Source of the DNA: an uncultured delta proteobacterium
GTDB lineage: Bacteria; Desulfobacterota; Binatia; DP-6
DNA length: 64,000 bases
Assembly (NCBI GenBank): GCA_963815115.1
Contig: CAWFFN010000012.1
Coordinates: 543,260 to 607,259, forward strand
Direction of reading: 5' to 3'
The notes under the pieces are model-generated. The model saw only the letters and a program-made list of their open reading frames with translations. It searched no databases and was not told the DNA's origin. Made by a program: the position numbers and the translations under genes. Shown here one piece after another: positions 27,070 to 36,740 of this stretch. Position 1 is the first letter of the stretch. Every line of letters begins with the position of its first letter.

Positions 27070-28282
27070 CTGTGGCTCGGGCAAGGTCTGCTTGAGGCCC
27101 TTTCCCGTCCCCTTCGGCAGCTGCAATGGTCCAGTTACAACGTGCTGCTCCTCATGCGCATCCTATTCTTGCTTGATTTCCCAGGCGCCCGCGTGCGGCG
27201 GCACGTGCCCGAGCGGACAGGTCTGCGCGGTGACTCCGGTGACTCATGCGTCCTGGCGTCCGACCAACACGTGGACTTCCTCACCACGTGGGGCAGCCCG
27301 GGCAGCGTGTGACGGACAGTTCAGCGGGCAGTTCTGCGGCAGCCCATGGCGTCGCCGCGGATGCGAGCGGGCAGGTCTTCGTGGCAGACTCCGGGAACAT
27401 CCGCATCCAGAAGTGCACTGCATCGTGCCCGTTCGTCACCAAGTGGGGCAGCTGCGGGCAGCGGGGACGGGCAGTTCAACCACCCGGTGGGGGTCGCCGT
27501 GGATGGGAGCGGGAACGTCTTCGTCGCCGACAATTCGGCAACCACCGCATCCAGAAGTTCGACAACACCGGGACGTTCGTGACCACGTGGGGGAGCGCGG
27601 GCAGCGGGGACGGGCAGTTCATTAACCCGGTGGGGGTCGCCGTGGATGGGAGCGGGAACGTCTTCGTCGCCGACTCGCGCAACAACCGCATCCAGAAGTT
27701 CACGAACACCGGCACCTTCCTCACCACGTGGGGCAGCCTGGGCAGCGGGGACGGGCAGTTCCATACCCCGCAGCGGGGTTGCCGTGGATGGGAGCGGGAA
27801 CGTCTTCGTCGCCGACGTCGCCAACAACCGCATCCAGAAGTTCACGAACACCGGCACGTTCTTGACCAAGTGGGGCAGAATGGGCAGCGGGGACGGGCAG
27901 TTCAATGAGCCCCATTGGCCTCGCCGTGGATGGGAACGGGAACGTCTTCGTCGCCGACACGCAACAACCGCATCCAGAAGTTCACGAACACCGGCACGTT
28001 CTTGACCAAGTGGGGCAGCGCGGGCAGCGGGGACGGGCAGTTCGACCAGTCCCGTCGACGTCGCCGTGGATGGGAGCGGGAACGTCTTCGTCGCCGACTC
28101 CGCCAACAACCGCATCCAGGAGTTCGACGAACACCGGTACCTTCCTCGCCACGCGAGGCTGCCCGGGCAGCGGGGAGGGGCAGTTCAATTTCCCGCACGG
28201 CGTCGCCGTCGGATGCTCCAGCGGAAATGTGTTCGTCGCCGACGAGTTCAACAACCGCATCCAGAAGTTCGCGTGTCCATAG
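27026..28282 (+). pseudogene. NHL-repeat (six-bladed beta-propeller) gene with seven tandem 141-144 nt repeats, about one indel per repeat. Probably the continuation of the 26237 gene.
   Basis: The Cys-rich lead-in (DCGSGKVCLRPFPVPFGSCNGPVTTCC...CGGTCPSGQVCAV) follows the previous stop in another frame. The repeats encode TKWGSxGSGDGQFNxPxGVAVDGSGNVFVADSxNNRIQKFTNTGTFLT but are scattered over six overlapping ORFs in three frames. The last repeat ends ...NNRIQKFACP*. Confidence 0.55.
27281..28282 (+). repeat. 7 tandem DNA repeats (about 141-144 nt) encoding NHL blades
   Basis: Blocks such as ggcagcggggacgggcagttc and gtcgccgtggatgggagcgggaacgtcttcgtcgccgac recur at approximately 27433, 27577, 27721, 27862, 28001 and 28144. 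Confidence 0.75.
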
Positions 28283-28459
28283 TGATAGGCATTGGGCTAC
28301 GTCGCCCAGCGCGAGCAGCTCCTCGCCCCTTCCCGGACCGCTCCGGGTTCGCGGCGTGGGGCTGCAACAGTGCGAGGTGCCTGCGACGTCCCGGGGTGAG
28401 AGGCGACATTCCCGCCCGCCTCGCCGCCGCCGCGGGTGGCTCGCCGCGCGCGGTCGGCC

Positions 28460-29962
28460 TCAGTCCCCGCCGCGCTGCGAGTACGCGAACGGGCCGGCGA
28501 CCTCGACGTGGAGGGTGCCATCGGGGTCGGTCGTCATGCCGCGCGCGCTGGTGAGCTGACGGAGTCCCGTGGCGTCCGGCCGCATCGCGAAGAGCTGATC
28601 CCCGAACGGGTTGGCGCCGACGGGATCGCAGCTCGACTCGAACAGCACCGTCCCGGTGACCTGATCGACCGCGGGGCTGAGTTCAAAGATTCCGCACCCC
28701 GGGGCGTTAAACACGCAGCCCTGCTCGGTCCGCCGGCCGTCCCACGGGAGGTGGGTGAGCTGGCGCAGGTGGTCACCGCGGGTGCTGATGGTGAAGAGCT
28801 GGCAGATCTCGCCTGGGTTCTCGCCGAAGGGGTTCGCCGACGCTGCGATGAGCACCTGGCCGCGAACCATCGGGGAGACGCCTTGCGCGCCGCCGGTGAA
28901 GGTGTCGGAGCGGTTGAATGCGGTCAGCTGCACGATGCTCTTGCCGTCGATCAGGAAGATCTCGCGCGCGAAAGCATCAGGATCGTCAGGGCGATTCACC
29001 GCAGGCCTGTCGGGAAAGAGAACCAGGACGGTATGCGGGTGCGCACCTGTGACGCCGAACTGCGACACGAGCTGCGCGCCGGGGGCCACGGTGATTGGCG
29101 GGACCTCCGTCTCCCTTCCACCATGGATCCCGACCTGGAAAGCCCTCCAGGAGTCATCACTGGTGGAACCGGAGTAGAAGCCGATGGTCCGGCGGTTGAG
29201 GAAGCTTGGAACCGAGATACCGGGATCATCGAACTCCAAATTCGCGACCCGCGGTTGATGCGTGAGCTGGCGTCGCCGGCCGGAGCGCGAGTCGAGGAGA
29301 AAGACTTGCGGCGCTTCGTACCCGGCCGTGGCTGGGCCGAGGTCGACGAATACGATCGTCCGGCCGTTGGGACTGACTCCCCACCGGACTCCCCCAAATA
29401 TTGTGTAAATGCGGCTGGCTGGCCCGAGCCGCCGGAGCCCCGTTCCGTTTGCCTTGACGAAGAAGATGCCCTCCTCGGGCGGCTCGGGCGTGGCGGCCGG
29501 CAGCTCTGAGAACTCCTTCGTCACGTCGAAGACCACCCCGGAGCCATCCGGTAGCACCGCCATGTTCTGGAAGACGCCCATACGGATGAACCAAGCGCCC
29601 AAGCGGCTTCCGCCCAATTCGAGGCACAGCCCGGTCGGATCGGGCGCCGGCATCGAGGGTCCGACCGCCATGACCGGGACCGGGTCGCAGTTCCCGCGCC
29701 GGATGAGGAGCATCTGTTGCAGCGAGGTCCGACCCTGCGGGTCGGTGGTGCACTCGTTCACCACGTAGGCCAGCGTCCGGATGCGCGCGCCCGGCGCGGT
29801 GCAGGTGCTCCGCTCGCCGCAGGTCGCTCGGCAGTCTCGCCGCTCCTGACCGCCCCCGGGACACGTCTGCTTGCACGCGGCCAGCTGCTCCGTGCAGGTG
29901 CTGGGGCACGCCGCCGCCGCCGCAGGTCTTCGCGTGGCTCCGAGCGATAGCTCGACGATCAC
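28460..29962 (-). CDS. secreted hypothetical protein (N-terminal Cys-rich stretch plus beta-propeller-like body)
   Basis: 500 aa from a GTG at 29962. No canonical start gives a signal peptide, but in-frame upstream codons CTG...SRRLAVVLAVIVELSLGA would. An in-frame stop sits at 30026-30028. Confidence 0.5.
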   Translation of the reverse strand: MIVELSLGATRRPAAAAACPSTCTEQLAACKQTCPGGGQERRDCRATCGERSTCTAPGARIRTLAYVVNECTTDPQGRTSLQQMLLIRRGNCDPVPVMAVGPSMPAPDPTGLCLELGGSRLGAWFIRMGVFQNMAVLPDGSGVVFDVTKEFSELPAATPEPPEEGIFFVKANGTGLRRLGPASRIYTIFGGVRWGVSPNGRTIVFVDLGPATAGYEAPQVFLLDSRSGRRRQLTHQPRVANLEFDDPGISVPSFLNRRTIGFYSGSTSDDSWRAFQVGIHGGRETEVPPITVAPGAQLVSQFGVTGAHPHTVLVLFPDRPAVNRPDDPDAFAREIFLIDGKSIVQLTAFNRSDTFTGGAQGVSPMVRGQVLIAASANPFGENPGEICQLFTISTRGDHLRQLTHLPWDGRRTEQGCVFNAPGCGIFELSPAVDQVTGTVLFESSCDPVGANPFGDQLFAMRPDATGLRQLTSARGMTTDPDGTLHVEVAGPFAYSQRGGD

Positions 29963-30241
29963 CGCGAGGACAACTGCGAGACGACGGGACAGGCTTGACA
30001 GGTTACTGCCATACTCCGCGGCGCGTCAACTAGGCGGCTCCCGATCAATCCTCGCCCGGTCGATCGCGATACCGAACCCCGCACCAGCCTCGCCAACCGC
30101 CGGCGCTCACCGCGAGGACGCGAAAAGCCAGCGACTAGCGACGCGACGCAGGGATGAGAAGCTCTTCGACGGCACCTGAGAAGCCTTGACGCCCAGAGCC
30201 GATCGCTGTATCGAGTTTAAACCTGATAATTCCCTGCTGAG

Positions 30242-30541
30242 GTGCACATGGTACAGCTCTCCGACATCTTCTCCGTCACTGACTTTCAACGAAACACCAA
30301 GGATCACCTCAAGCGCTTGGAGCGGTCAAAGCGTCCCCTCGTCCTCACGCTCAACGGCCGGGCAAAGGCCGTCGTCATGGACGCTGACAGCTATGAGCGG
30401 ATCATGGCCATAGTTGATCAGGCCGAGACCCTCTCCGCCGTCGCCGAGGGTCTTGAGGATGCGAAGCATGGCCGCACGAAGCCTGCTCGGGCTTTTCTGG
30501 AGCAGATGCGCCGAAAGCACAAGCTGCCCAGGAGCGCATGA
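30242..30541 (+). CDS. Phd/YefM-family type II antitoxin
   Basis: VQLSDIFSVTDFQRNTKDHLKRLERSKRPLVLTLNGRAKAVVMDADSYERI is the classic Phd fold sequence. It lies in a low-GC patch. Confidence 0.8.
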   Translation: MHMVQLSDIFSVTDFQRNTKDHLKRLERSKRPLVLTLNGRAKAVVMDADSYERIMAIVDQAETLSAVAEGLEDAKHGRTKPARAFLEQMRRKHKLPRSA

Positions 30542-30843
30542 GGTTCGGCGTCGAGGTCACACGACGGGCCGAGCGAGACATTGACCGAGCGTATGCGTGG
30601 TACAAGAAGCGCTCGCCGCAGGGGGCAGATGCCTGGCACACAGACATCCTTGCGGCGATCGAGAGATTGGAGACTCTCCCCCGTCGCTGTCCGGTAGCCG
30701 AGGCCGAATCTGAAGCGTTCGGGGTCGAGGTCCGACAGCTCCTCTGCCGTGAGGACCGCGTTCTGTTCAGCGTGGAGAAAGAGACCGTCTTCCTCCTGAC
30801 GGTGCGCCACACGAAGCGGAAACCGCTGGGACCTGCTTCCTGA
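30538..30843 (+). CDS. RelE/ParE-family type II toxin
   Basis: 101 aa. N-terminal VEVTRRAERDIDRAYAWY and the C-terminal VLFSVEKETVFLLTVRHTKRK match ParE. The ATGA junction overlaps the Phd stop. Confidence 0.8.
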   Translation: MRFGVEVTRRAERDIDRAYAWYKKRSPQGADAWHTDILAAIERLETLPRRCPVAEAESEAFGVEVRQLLCREDRVLFSVEKETVFLLTVRHTKRKPLGPAS

Positions 30844-30915
30844 TGACCGAAGCCCGACTCTACGGATGCCGCCGTGCCTCCGATCAGCCTGGTCCCGGTC
30901 CGCGAACAATGACCC

Positions 30916-32427
30916 TCACCGTGCCGACGCGAACAGCCACCGCCCGTTCACCTGCCGCAGCGTCTTCGTCAGCCGCACCGACACGTGCCCGGGGCGCCCG
31001 GTCTGCACGTCGACGAAGTCGTCCGTGCGGGTGTAGCTCACCACGGCCTCCTCGCCGACGACGGCGGCCTCCACGTGATCGATAGCGATCCGGAGGTCGC
31101 GCACGCCGGCGAAGTAGCGTTCGAGGGCGGCGTGCTGCGCGGGGGAGAACGAGGTGTACATGGTGGCGAGCGCGTCGACGTCGTGCGCCTCGGTGGCGCG
31201 TCGGTACTGATCCAGGAACACGGTGATCTCGCGCACCGTGTCATCGGCGCGGGCCTCGCCAGGCTCGAGAAGGTCGCGGAGCCAGGAGTGCCCATCGTCG
31301 GTTCCCCCGGTCGGCGCCACGGGTGGTGACGGCGGCTCCGATTCCCCCTCGACGTCGAGGAGGCGCTTGAGCGCTTCGAGGTCACTTGCCCGGCGGGCGG
31401 CGAGCCGGCGCTCCTCGTCCGCCGAGAGGCTGATGGGCAGGGAGGCGATCACGCCGAGGACGAGGTCGTTCTCGAGCCTCAGGAAGTCTTGCGTCCGGCC
31501 GCTCTCGACGTGGGCCCCGTCGAGGATCCCCGTGACCACGTCCACGACCCGGGCTTCGACCCGCACCGTGTCGCCCACCATCACCACCGAACCACTCACC
31601 ATCTTCCCGATACCGAGGCGCTGCGCGACCTCGATCGCGCTCAGGTTCTCCCGGGTCATCACGAAATCCATGAACTCGTCCGAGAACACGCGCACGCCCG
31701 AGAGCTCCGTCAGCTGCGTGTTGAGCCCGTCTCGCAGGGCAGGTCCGATCCAGGCGCTCCCCTGATCTGCCCCCGACGACCGGAACGGACCTACGCCGAT
31801 CGTCAGGTTGCGCCCCTCGGGACCCCGCGGCGCGCGATGCGTTACGATCCAAGCGATGGCGCCTGTCCCGCCGACGGCCGCGGCGCCCGCCAGGAGCGCC
31901 ACCATCCGGCGCCGGGCAAGCACCGGTGGCGACCACTGCGGGACGACCAGGTGCACGCCTTGTTGAATTCCCGCCAGCTCGATGGTGTCGAGATGCTCGA
32001 AGATCGCGTCGCGAAGGTGACCGATGACGGGAAGCGCGTCCCCGGTGACGGCGGTGGTCCCCGGGCGGGCGACCCGCGCCAGTGCCGTGGCTCGATCGAT
32101 CGCCGCCAGGGTGGCCGTACCTTCCGCGGTCATCTCGAGGTCGGCGACGTCCACCCCGGCCCGCCACCGAACCGCCGCCTTCACGCTCATGACGTGCAGG
32201 TGGAGCCCGGTCGCAGCGGTCACCGCCTGCGTCGGCTCATCGAATACCGCCACCACCGCGTTCGCTGCGAGGGCCTCGGCATCTCCGCCGGCGATGCGAA
32301 GGAACTGCACCGCATCGGCCACGACGTTCGGCGCCTCCGCAGCGGCCGGTGGCGCCGCCGCCTCGTGCTCGGCGACCAGGACGGCGCCCACGCGCCGCAC
32401 GAACCGCCGGTCGTCGGCCTCGGCCAT
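30916..32427 (-). CDS. multidomain protein: N-terminal cyclase-homology-like region (possibly inactive), one TM segment, periplasmic middle region, C-terminal NTF2/SnoaL-like (DUF4440) domain
   Basis: 503 aa. TM helix RRRMVALLAGAAAVGGTGAIAWIV. C-terminus ITVFLDQYRRATEAHDVDALATMYTSF...RLTKTLRQVNGRWLFAS is NTF2-like. The N-terminal assignment is weak. Confidence 0.5.
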   Translation of the reverse strand: MAEADDRRFVRRVGAVLVAEHEAAAPPAAAEAPNVVADAVQFLRIAGGDAEALAANAVVAVFDEPTQAVTAATGLHLHVMSVKAAVRWRAGVDVADLEMTAEGTATLAAIDRATALARVARPGTTAVTGDALPVIGHLRDAIFEHLDTIELAGIQQGVHLVVPQWSPPVLARRRMVALLAGAAAVGGTGAIAWIVTHRAPRGPEGRNLTIGVGPFRSSGADQGSAWIGPALRDGLNTQLTELSGVRVFSDEFMDFVMTRENLSAIEVAQRLGIGKMVSGSVVMVGDTVRVEARVVDVVTGILDGAHVESGRTQDFLRLENDLVLGVIASLPISLSADEERRLAARRASDLEALKRLLDVEGESEPPSPPVAPTGGTDDGHSWLRDLLEPGEARADDTVREITVFLDQYRRATEAHDVDALATMYTSFSPAQHAALERYFAGVRDLRIAIDHVEAAVVGEEAVVSYTRTDDFVDVQTGRPGHVSVRLTKTLRQVNGRWLFASAR

Positions 32428-32428
32428 T

Positions 32429-33724
32429 CTACCGGGCCGGGTGGCTGGGCTCCGGTGCGGGATTCGCGGCGCCGTCAGGACGGTAGGTGCAGTAGTAGCC
32501 CGTGGTCACGGTGGCCGCGAGGTGCTCGCCGAGCGACGGGTGGTGCTTGGCAATCTGTGTCATTGCCGACCGGATGCGGCGCGTGATCGCGACTCGCTCG
32601 CGCTCGACGTCGGCCGAGACCCGCCGCACGCGACCAGCGGGTCCCACGGCCGCCTGCAGCTCGTCGACGAGCAGGTCGAGCTCGGAGCGGAGGGTCTCGG
32701 CGCGGCCGAGGTCGTTGCGCTGCTCCGCGTCCTCCAGCTCCTCGCGCAGCTCGACAACCCGGCGGCGATACTCGGCTCTCGCTTGCGCGTCGAGTACCTC
32801 GCCGCCGTCACCGGGCAAGGGAAGTATCCCTGCATCCGGCGCAGGAGCGTCTCTCGCCACCGCGGATCCGCCGGAGGGCGTGATGGAGTCGAGCTCGCGC
32901 ACGTGAATGTCCCGGCCCGGACAATGCACGAGGTGCGCCAGGAGCGCGAGACCGCGAGAATGGCGCAGCAGCACGGTCGTCCCCCCATATCCGATCCGCC
33001 AGAAGTCTCCGTCCTGCTCGAGGACGGGCGACGCGGCCTCCGGACTGGCCGATATGGCTTCCTCGGTTTCACCGGTCGCTTCGCGGCGTGCCGCGAGCGC
33101 TCGCTCGAGAAGCCAGCGAAATCCGGCGCCGGCCTCCTCTTCGGCGGCGAGGTTGCCGCGTGCAACGCGCCTCCGCTCCAGCACGTGGGCAACCGCCACG
33201 GCGATCGGCAACAGCACCCAGCCAGCGACCGGCATGTTGCCCGCGTGTGACACTGCGAGCAGGGCGGTGGCCGCGACGAGCCCGGCGATCACGGCGGGGG
33301 CCGGACGGGCGGCCTCAGTCCAGGACACGGTGTACTCGCAGGCTGGCTGGTCCTCTGCCAGGCATCCTTCTTCTCGCAGCGTGGCCCGCTTGCCTCCGTG
33401 GCGCTCCACGACGCCGAGTGCCCAGGCCTGCCGCCCGAGGCACGCCGCCCGATCGCCCTTGTCGGATGAGCTGTAGCGCAGGTGTGCCCGGCCCGGACCG
33501 TGATCGACGACGACGAGGTGCCCGCTCGCCGCCCCACGCGATCGCCGCCGCGCCGCCATCCGGTACGTGACGCCGGGCGCCACCAGACGGAAGAGGAGAC
33601 GCCGCCACCCATGCGCGCGCTGCCGCGCAACGTCGGCTGCAATCGCGTGACCCATGGAACCGGACACGACCCGAAACTTAGCAGGCTTACCGTTCTCGGA
33701 CCCGCCTTGTCTACCCATTGGCAC
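32429..33724 (-). CDS. hypothetical protein with two TM helices, probably co-transcribed with the 30916 gene
   Basis: 1-nt gap to the downstream start. TM segments VIAGLVAATALLAVSHAGNMPVAGWVLLPIAVAVAHVL. The N-terminal region is low-complexity and the start is uncertain. Confidence 0.35.
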   Translation of the reverse strand: MPMGRQGGSENGKPAKFRVVSGSMGHAIAADVARQRAHGWRRLLFRLVAPGVTYRMAARRRSRGAASGHLVVVDHGPGRAHLRYSSSDKGDRAACLGRQAWALGVVERHGGKRATLREEGCLAEDQPACEYTVSWTEAARPAPAVIAGLVAATALLAVSHAGNMPVAGWVLLPIAVAVAHVLERRRVARGNLAAEEEAGAGFRWLLERALAARREATGETEEAISASPEAASPVLEQDGDFWRIGYGGTTVLLRHSRGLALLAHLVHCPGRDIHVRELDSITPSGGSAVARDAPAPDAGILPLPGDGGEVLDAQARAEYRRRVVELREELEDAEQRNDLGRAETLRSELDLLVDELQAAVGPAGRVRRVSADVERERVAITRRIRSAMTQIAKHHPSLGEHLAATVTTGYYCTYRPDGAANPAPEPSHPAR

Positions 33725-33805
33725 GTGGAGCTGATCCGTCTAGAAGTCATCTTGTGTGTGGCGCCGGGCCGTGCGATGTTCCGCACGGTCGGCGGGAGGG
33801 TGATC

Positions 33806-35053
33806 ATGTCTGCCCCGGGGGGTGGCCGAGCGCGTCCTTGCGGCGGTCGCCGCCGGCCTCGCCGCGTGATGGGCTGCCTCACCCTGGCCTGCACTCTCCT
33901 CGGCGTGATCGCGGGATCGGCCGCCGCCAGCCAGTCGCTGTCCGACATCTTCCGCAGCCCGCGCTTCGCCCACCTGGGACTCGCACCGCTCGGCCCCGTG
34001 CTCGCGAGCACCGTCGCGTCGACGTATCCGGTGGCGTCGGCGAGCTCCAGCGTCACCTTCGTCTACAATCGCGACCTCGACACGGTCGAACGCCGCTCCG
34101 GTCCGCTCGGTCCCATCCTGGGCGAACGTGCGGAGACCATCGGCAAAGGCCAGTTCGACCTGGCGCTCACCTACTCGTTCGTCGACCTCACCACCATCGA
34201 TGGAGAGCCGCTGAACCACCTCGTCAACAAACCGCTGGTCAACGGGCGTTTCCTGTTCTTCCGGATCCCGGGCGGCACCACGCTGAAGGACGGTCGCTTC
34301 GCCACCGTGCTCCCCGTTCACGTCGCTCTCGATCTCGGCGTCGAGGCGCACATCGTCTCACCGAGCGTCACCTATGGTGTCACCCCGAACCTGGACGTGA
34401 ACATCACCGTTCCCATCGTCCGCACGTCCCTCGACCTGAGTACGCGCAGCCGCATTCCCGACCCGCGATTGCCCGCGTTCATGCTGGCGCGCGGCAATCC
34501 GCTGGCGGGCACCGACGTGCAATCGGCCTCGGGGAGCAGCGTCGGCGTGGGCGACCTCCTCCTGCGCGCCAAGTACGTCGTGCATCGCGGAGACCCCGTC
34601 GACGTGGCGGGTGGTTTTGCCCTCAGCCTGCCCAGCGGCCGCGCCGACGACTTCCAGGGCGCGGGGACGACGCGCGTCGAGCCCGGAATCATCGCGTCGC
34701 GTGTCTTCGGCGGCTGGCTCGAGCTTCTCGCCAACGCCGGCATCGCGCTCGACGCGGAGGATGTCGGCCGGAGCGTGGTGCAGTGGGCGATCGGGGGAAC
34801 GGTGATGCCGGTCGAGCAGGTGGCGGTGCCGATCGTTTTCTTCGGGCGCGATCAGCTCGGCGCTCCGGCGGAGCCGATCGCCAATCCGTTCTTCTTCCAG
34901 ATCGAGCGCAGCGACATCTTCGAGGCGTCCGTCGGTATCCGATGGCAGTTCGCGCGCGCGGCCGTGGTGTCGGCGAACGCGCTCATGCCACTGAATCGCC
35001 AGGGCCTCCAGGCATCCTTCATCCCGACGCTCGAGGTTGAGTGGACGTTCTGA
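33806..35053 (+). CDS. outer-membrane beta-barrel protein
   Basis: ATG at 33806 with GGGAGGG as RBS. R-rich n-region plus signal peptide, alternating amphipathic beta strands, C-terminal ...LEVEWTF with a terminal Phe. Confidence 0.55.
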   Translation: MSAPGGGRARPCGGRRRPRRVMGCLTLACTLLGVIAGSAAASQSLSDIFRSPRFAHLGLAPLGPVLASTVASTYPVASASSSVTFVYNRDLDTVERRSGPLGPILGERAETIGKGQFDLALTYSFVDLTTIDGEPLNHLVNKPLVNGRFLFFRIPGGTTLKDGRFATVLPVHVALDLGVEAHIVSPSVTYGVTPNLDVNITVPIVRTSLDLSTRSRIPDPRLPAFMLARGNPLAGTDVQSASGSSVGVGDLLLRAKYVVHRGDPVDVAGGFALSLPSGRADDFQGAGTTRVEPGIIASRVFGGWLELLANAGIALDAEDVGRSVVQWAIGGTVMPVEQVAVPIVFFGRDQLGAPAEPIANPFFFQIERSDIFEASVGIRWQFARAAVVSANALMPLNRQGLQASFIPTLEVEWTF

Positions 35054-35122
35054 GCTGCGGGATCCCACCCGATTGACAGCGCGGTCGCGGGTGCGGTCTA
35101 AGCCCGCCGTCCACGAAGCGCC

Positions 35123-36727
35123 ATGCGCGGCATCCGTCTCGCCGTCCTCGTCCTGTCCCTTGCCCTCGCGGCGACCGCCCTGGCCGAGCCGCGCATCGTG
35201 AACGGCGTGTTCACCTCGCTCTATCCCTCCACGGGCGCGCTGCTGTTCGGCAACGACCCGGCCACCGCCTTCACCTACTGCTCGGGCACGCTGATCGGGT
35301 GCGACACCTTCCTGACGGCCGCCCACTGCGTATGCGATACCACGGGCCCGGACTGTCAGTCTCTCGATCCGGCCAGCCGCATGGTCTTTCTCCAGCACGC
35401 CGGCTTCTTCCAGCTGTCGAGCATCGCCGTGCGGACGGATTTCAACTTCCCGGTGGGTGATGTCGCCGTCCTGAAGCTCGCGACTCCCGTCACGGCCATC
35501 CGGCCGTCGCCGATCGCCCAGTCGGCTCCGTCGATCGGGACGGCGGGGACGATCGTCGGCTTCGGTCGGAGCGGCGGCGGAAACCTGGACTACGGCCTCA
35601 AGCGTGCCGCCTCGGTGACGACCGCGGGGTGCTCGTTCGGCATCTCCAACACCACCTCGGTGTGCTGGAGCTTCACCGGCGCCGGTGGCAACACCTGCAA
35701 CGCCGACTCGGGCGGCCCTCTCTTCATCGGCTCCGGCGGTGGCCTCACCGTCGCTGGCGTGACGTCGGGGGGCTCGTCGAACAGCTGCCTGCCGACGGAC
35801 AACAGCTTCGACGCGAACGTCGCGCACTACGCGTCGTACATCGCCCAGCAGGGCGGCTCGGACCTGAATCACACCACCTGCGGCGCCGGCCCGCAGGCGG
35901 GCGATCCGGGAGCGACCATCGACGCCATCGTCGGGGCGCTCTCGGTCGACGTGCCGGCGCAGCTGCAGGCCTTCAAGGTGACGGCCGGCACGCAGGAGCT
36001 GCGCATCGCGATGAATGCGGTCGACGACGGCGTCTCCGATTTCGACATGTACGTGAAGCACGGTGCTGCGCCGACGATGACCGACTTCGATTGCCGCCAG
36101 GACGGCCAGGGCCAGTTCGGGTTCTGTGACTTTCCGGCACCCGCCACGGGCATCTGGTACGTCATCGTGCAGCGATTCTCGGGGCAGGGCACCTACCAGC
36201 TGACGGCGACCATGATCGGCGGGCAACCCACTGTGTGCGGCGACGGCGTGCGCGAGGGCAGCGAGCAGTGTGACGGTGGCGACGATCTCGCCTGCCCCGG
36301 CTTCTGCGGCACCGGCTGCACCTGCAGCCCGGCGTGCAACCTGACCGACCTCACGGTGACTCGCCTGCGCGCGAGCCGCAGCCTCAGCGCGCGCCTGACG
36401 CTCGCCAACACGCACGGCACCTACGACGGCCTCGATCCGCGCAGCTCGCCGCTGACGCTGGTGCTCGACGACGGCGGGACGCCCGTTCGCATCACCATCC
36501 CCGCGAACGATCCCGGCTGGGAGAGGTCGAACCCCGCGCGCGGCTCGTACCAGTGGCGTGGGGACGGAACGCTCGCGGGCCTGCGACGCGTGACGGTCCG
36601 CGACAAGACCGCGTCCCGGGGACGCCTCGAGATGCGCTTCACCGGGCGCGACACGCCGACGATCGACGAGACGAGCGCGCGGGTGACGCTCGTCCTCGGC
36701 GGGTTCTGCGTCGCCAGCGCGCCGTGA
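35123..36727 (+). CDS. secreted trypsin-like S1 serine protease with a PPC domain and a Myxococcus-type Cys-rich repeat
   Basis: Signal peptide, IVNG, TAAHC and DSGGPL catalytic-triad motifs, then CGDGVREGSEQCDGGDDLACPGFCGTGCTC. Confidence 0.8.
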   Translation: MRGIRLAVLVLSLALAATALAEPRIVNGVFTSLYPSTGALLFGNDPATAFTYCSGTLIGCDTFLTAAHCVCDTTGPDCQSLDPASRMVFLQHAGFFQLSSIAVRTDFNFPVGDVAVLKLATPVTAIRPSPIAQSAPSIGTAGTIVGFGRSGGGNLDYGLKRAASVTTAGCSFGISNTTSVCWSFTGAGGNTCNADSGGPLFIGSGGGLTVAGVTSGGSSNSCLPTDNSFDANVAHYASYIAQQGGSDLNHTTCGAGPQAGDPGATIDAIVGALSVDVPAQLQAFKVTAGTQELRIAMNAVDDGVSDFDMYVKHGAAPTMTDFDCRQDGQGQFGFCDFPAPATGIWYVIVQRFSGQGTYQLTATMIGGQPTVCGDGVREGSEQCDGGDDLACPGFCGTGCTCSPACNLTDLTVTRLRASRSLSARLTLANTHGTYDGLDPRSSPLTLVLDDGGTPVRITIPANDPGWERSNPARGSYQWRGDGTLAGLRRVTVRDKTASRGRLEMRFTGRDTPTIDETSARVTLVLGGFCVASAP

Positions 36728-36740
36728 GCCGCCGCGGGGC

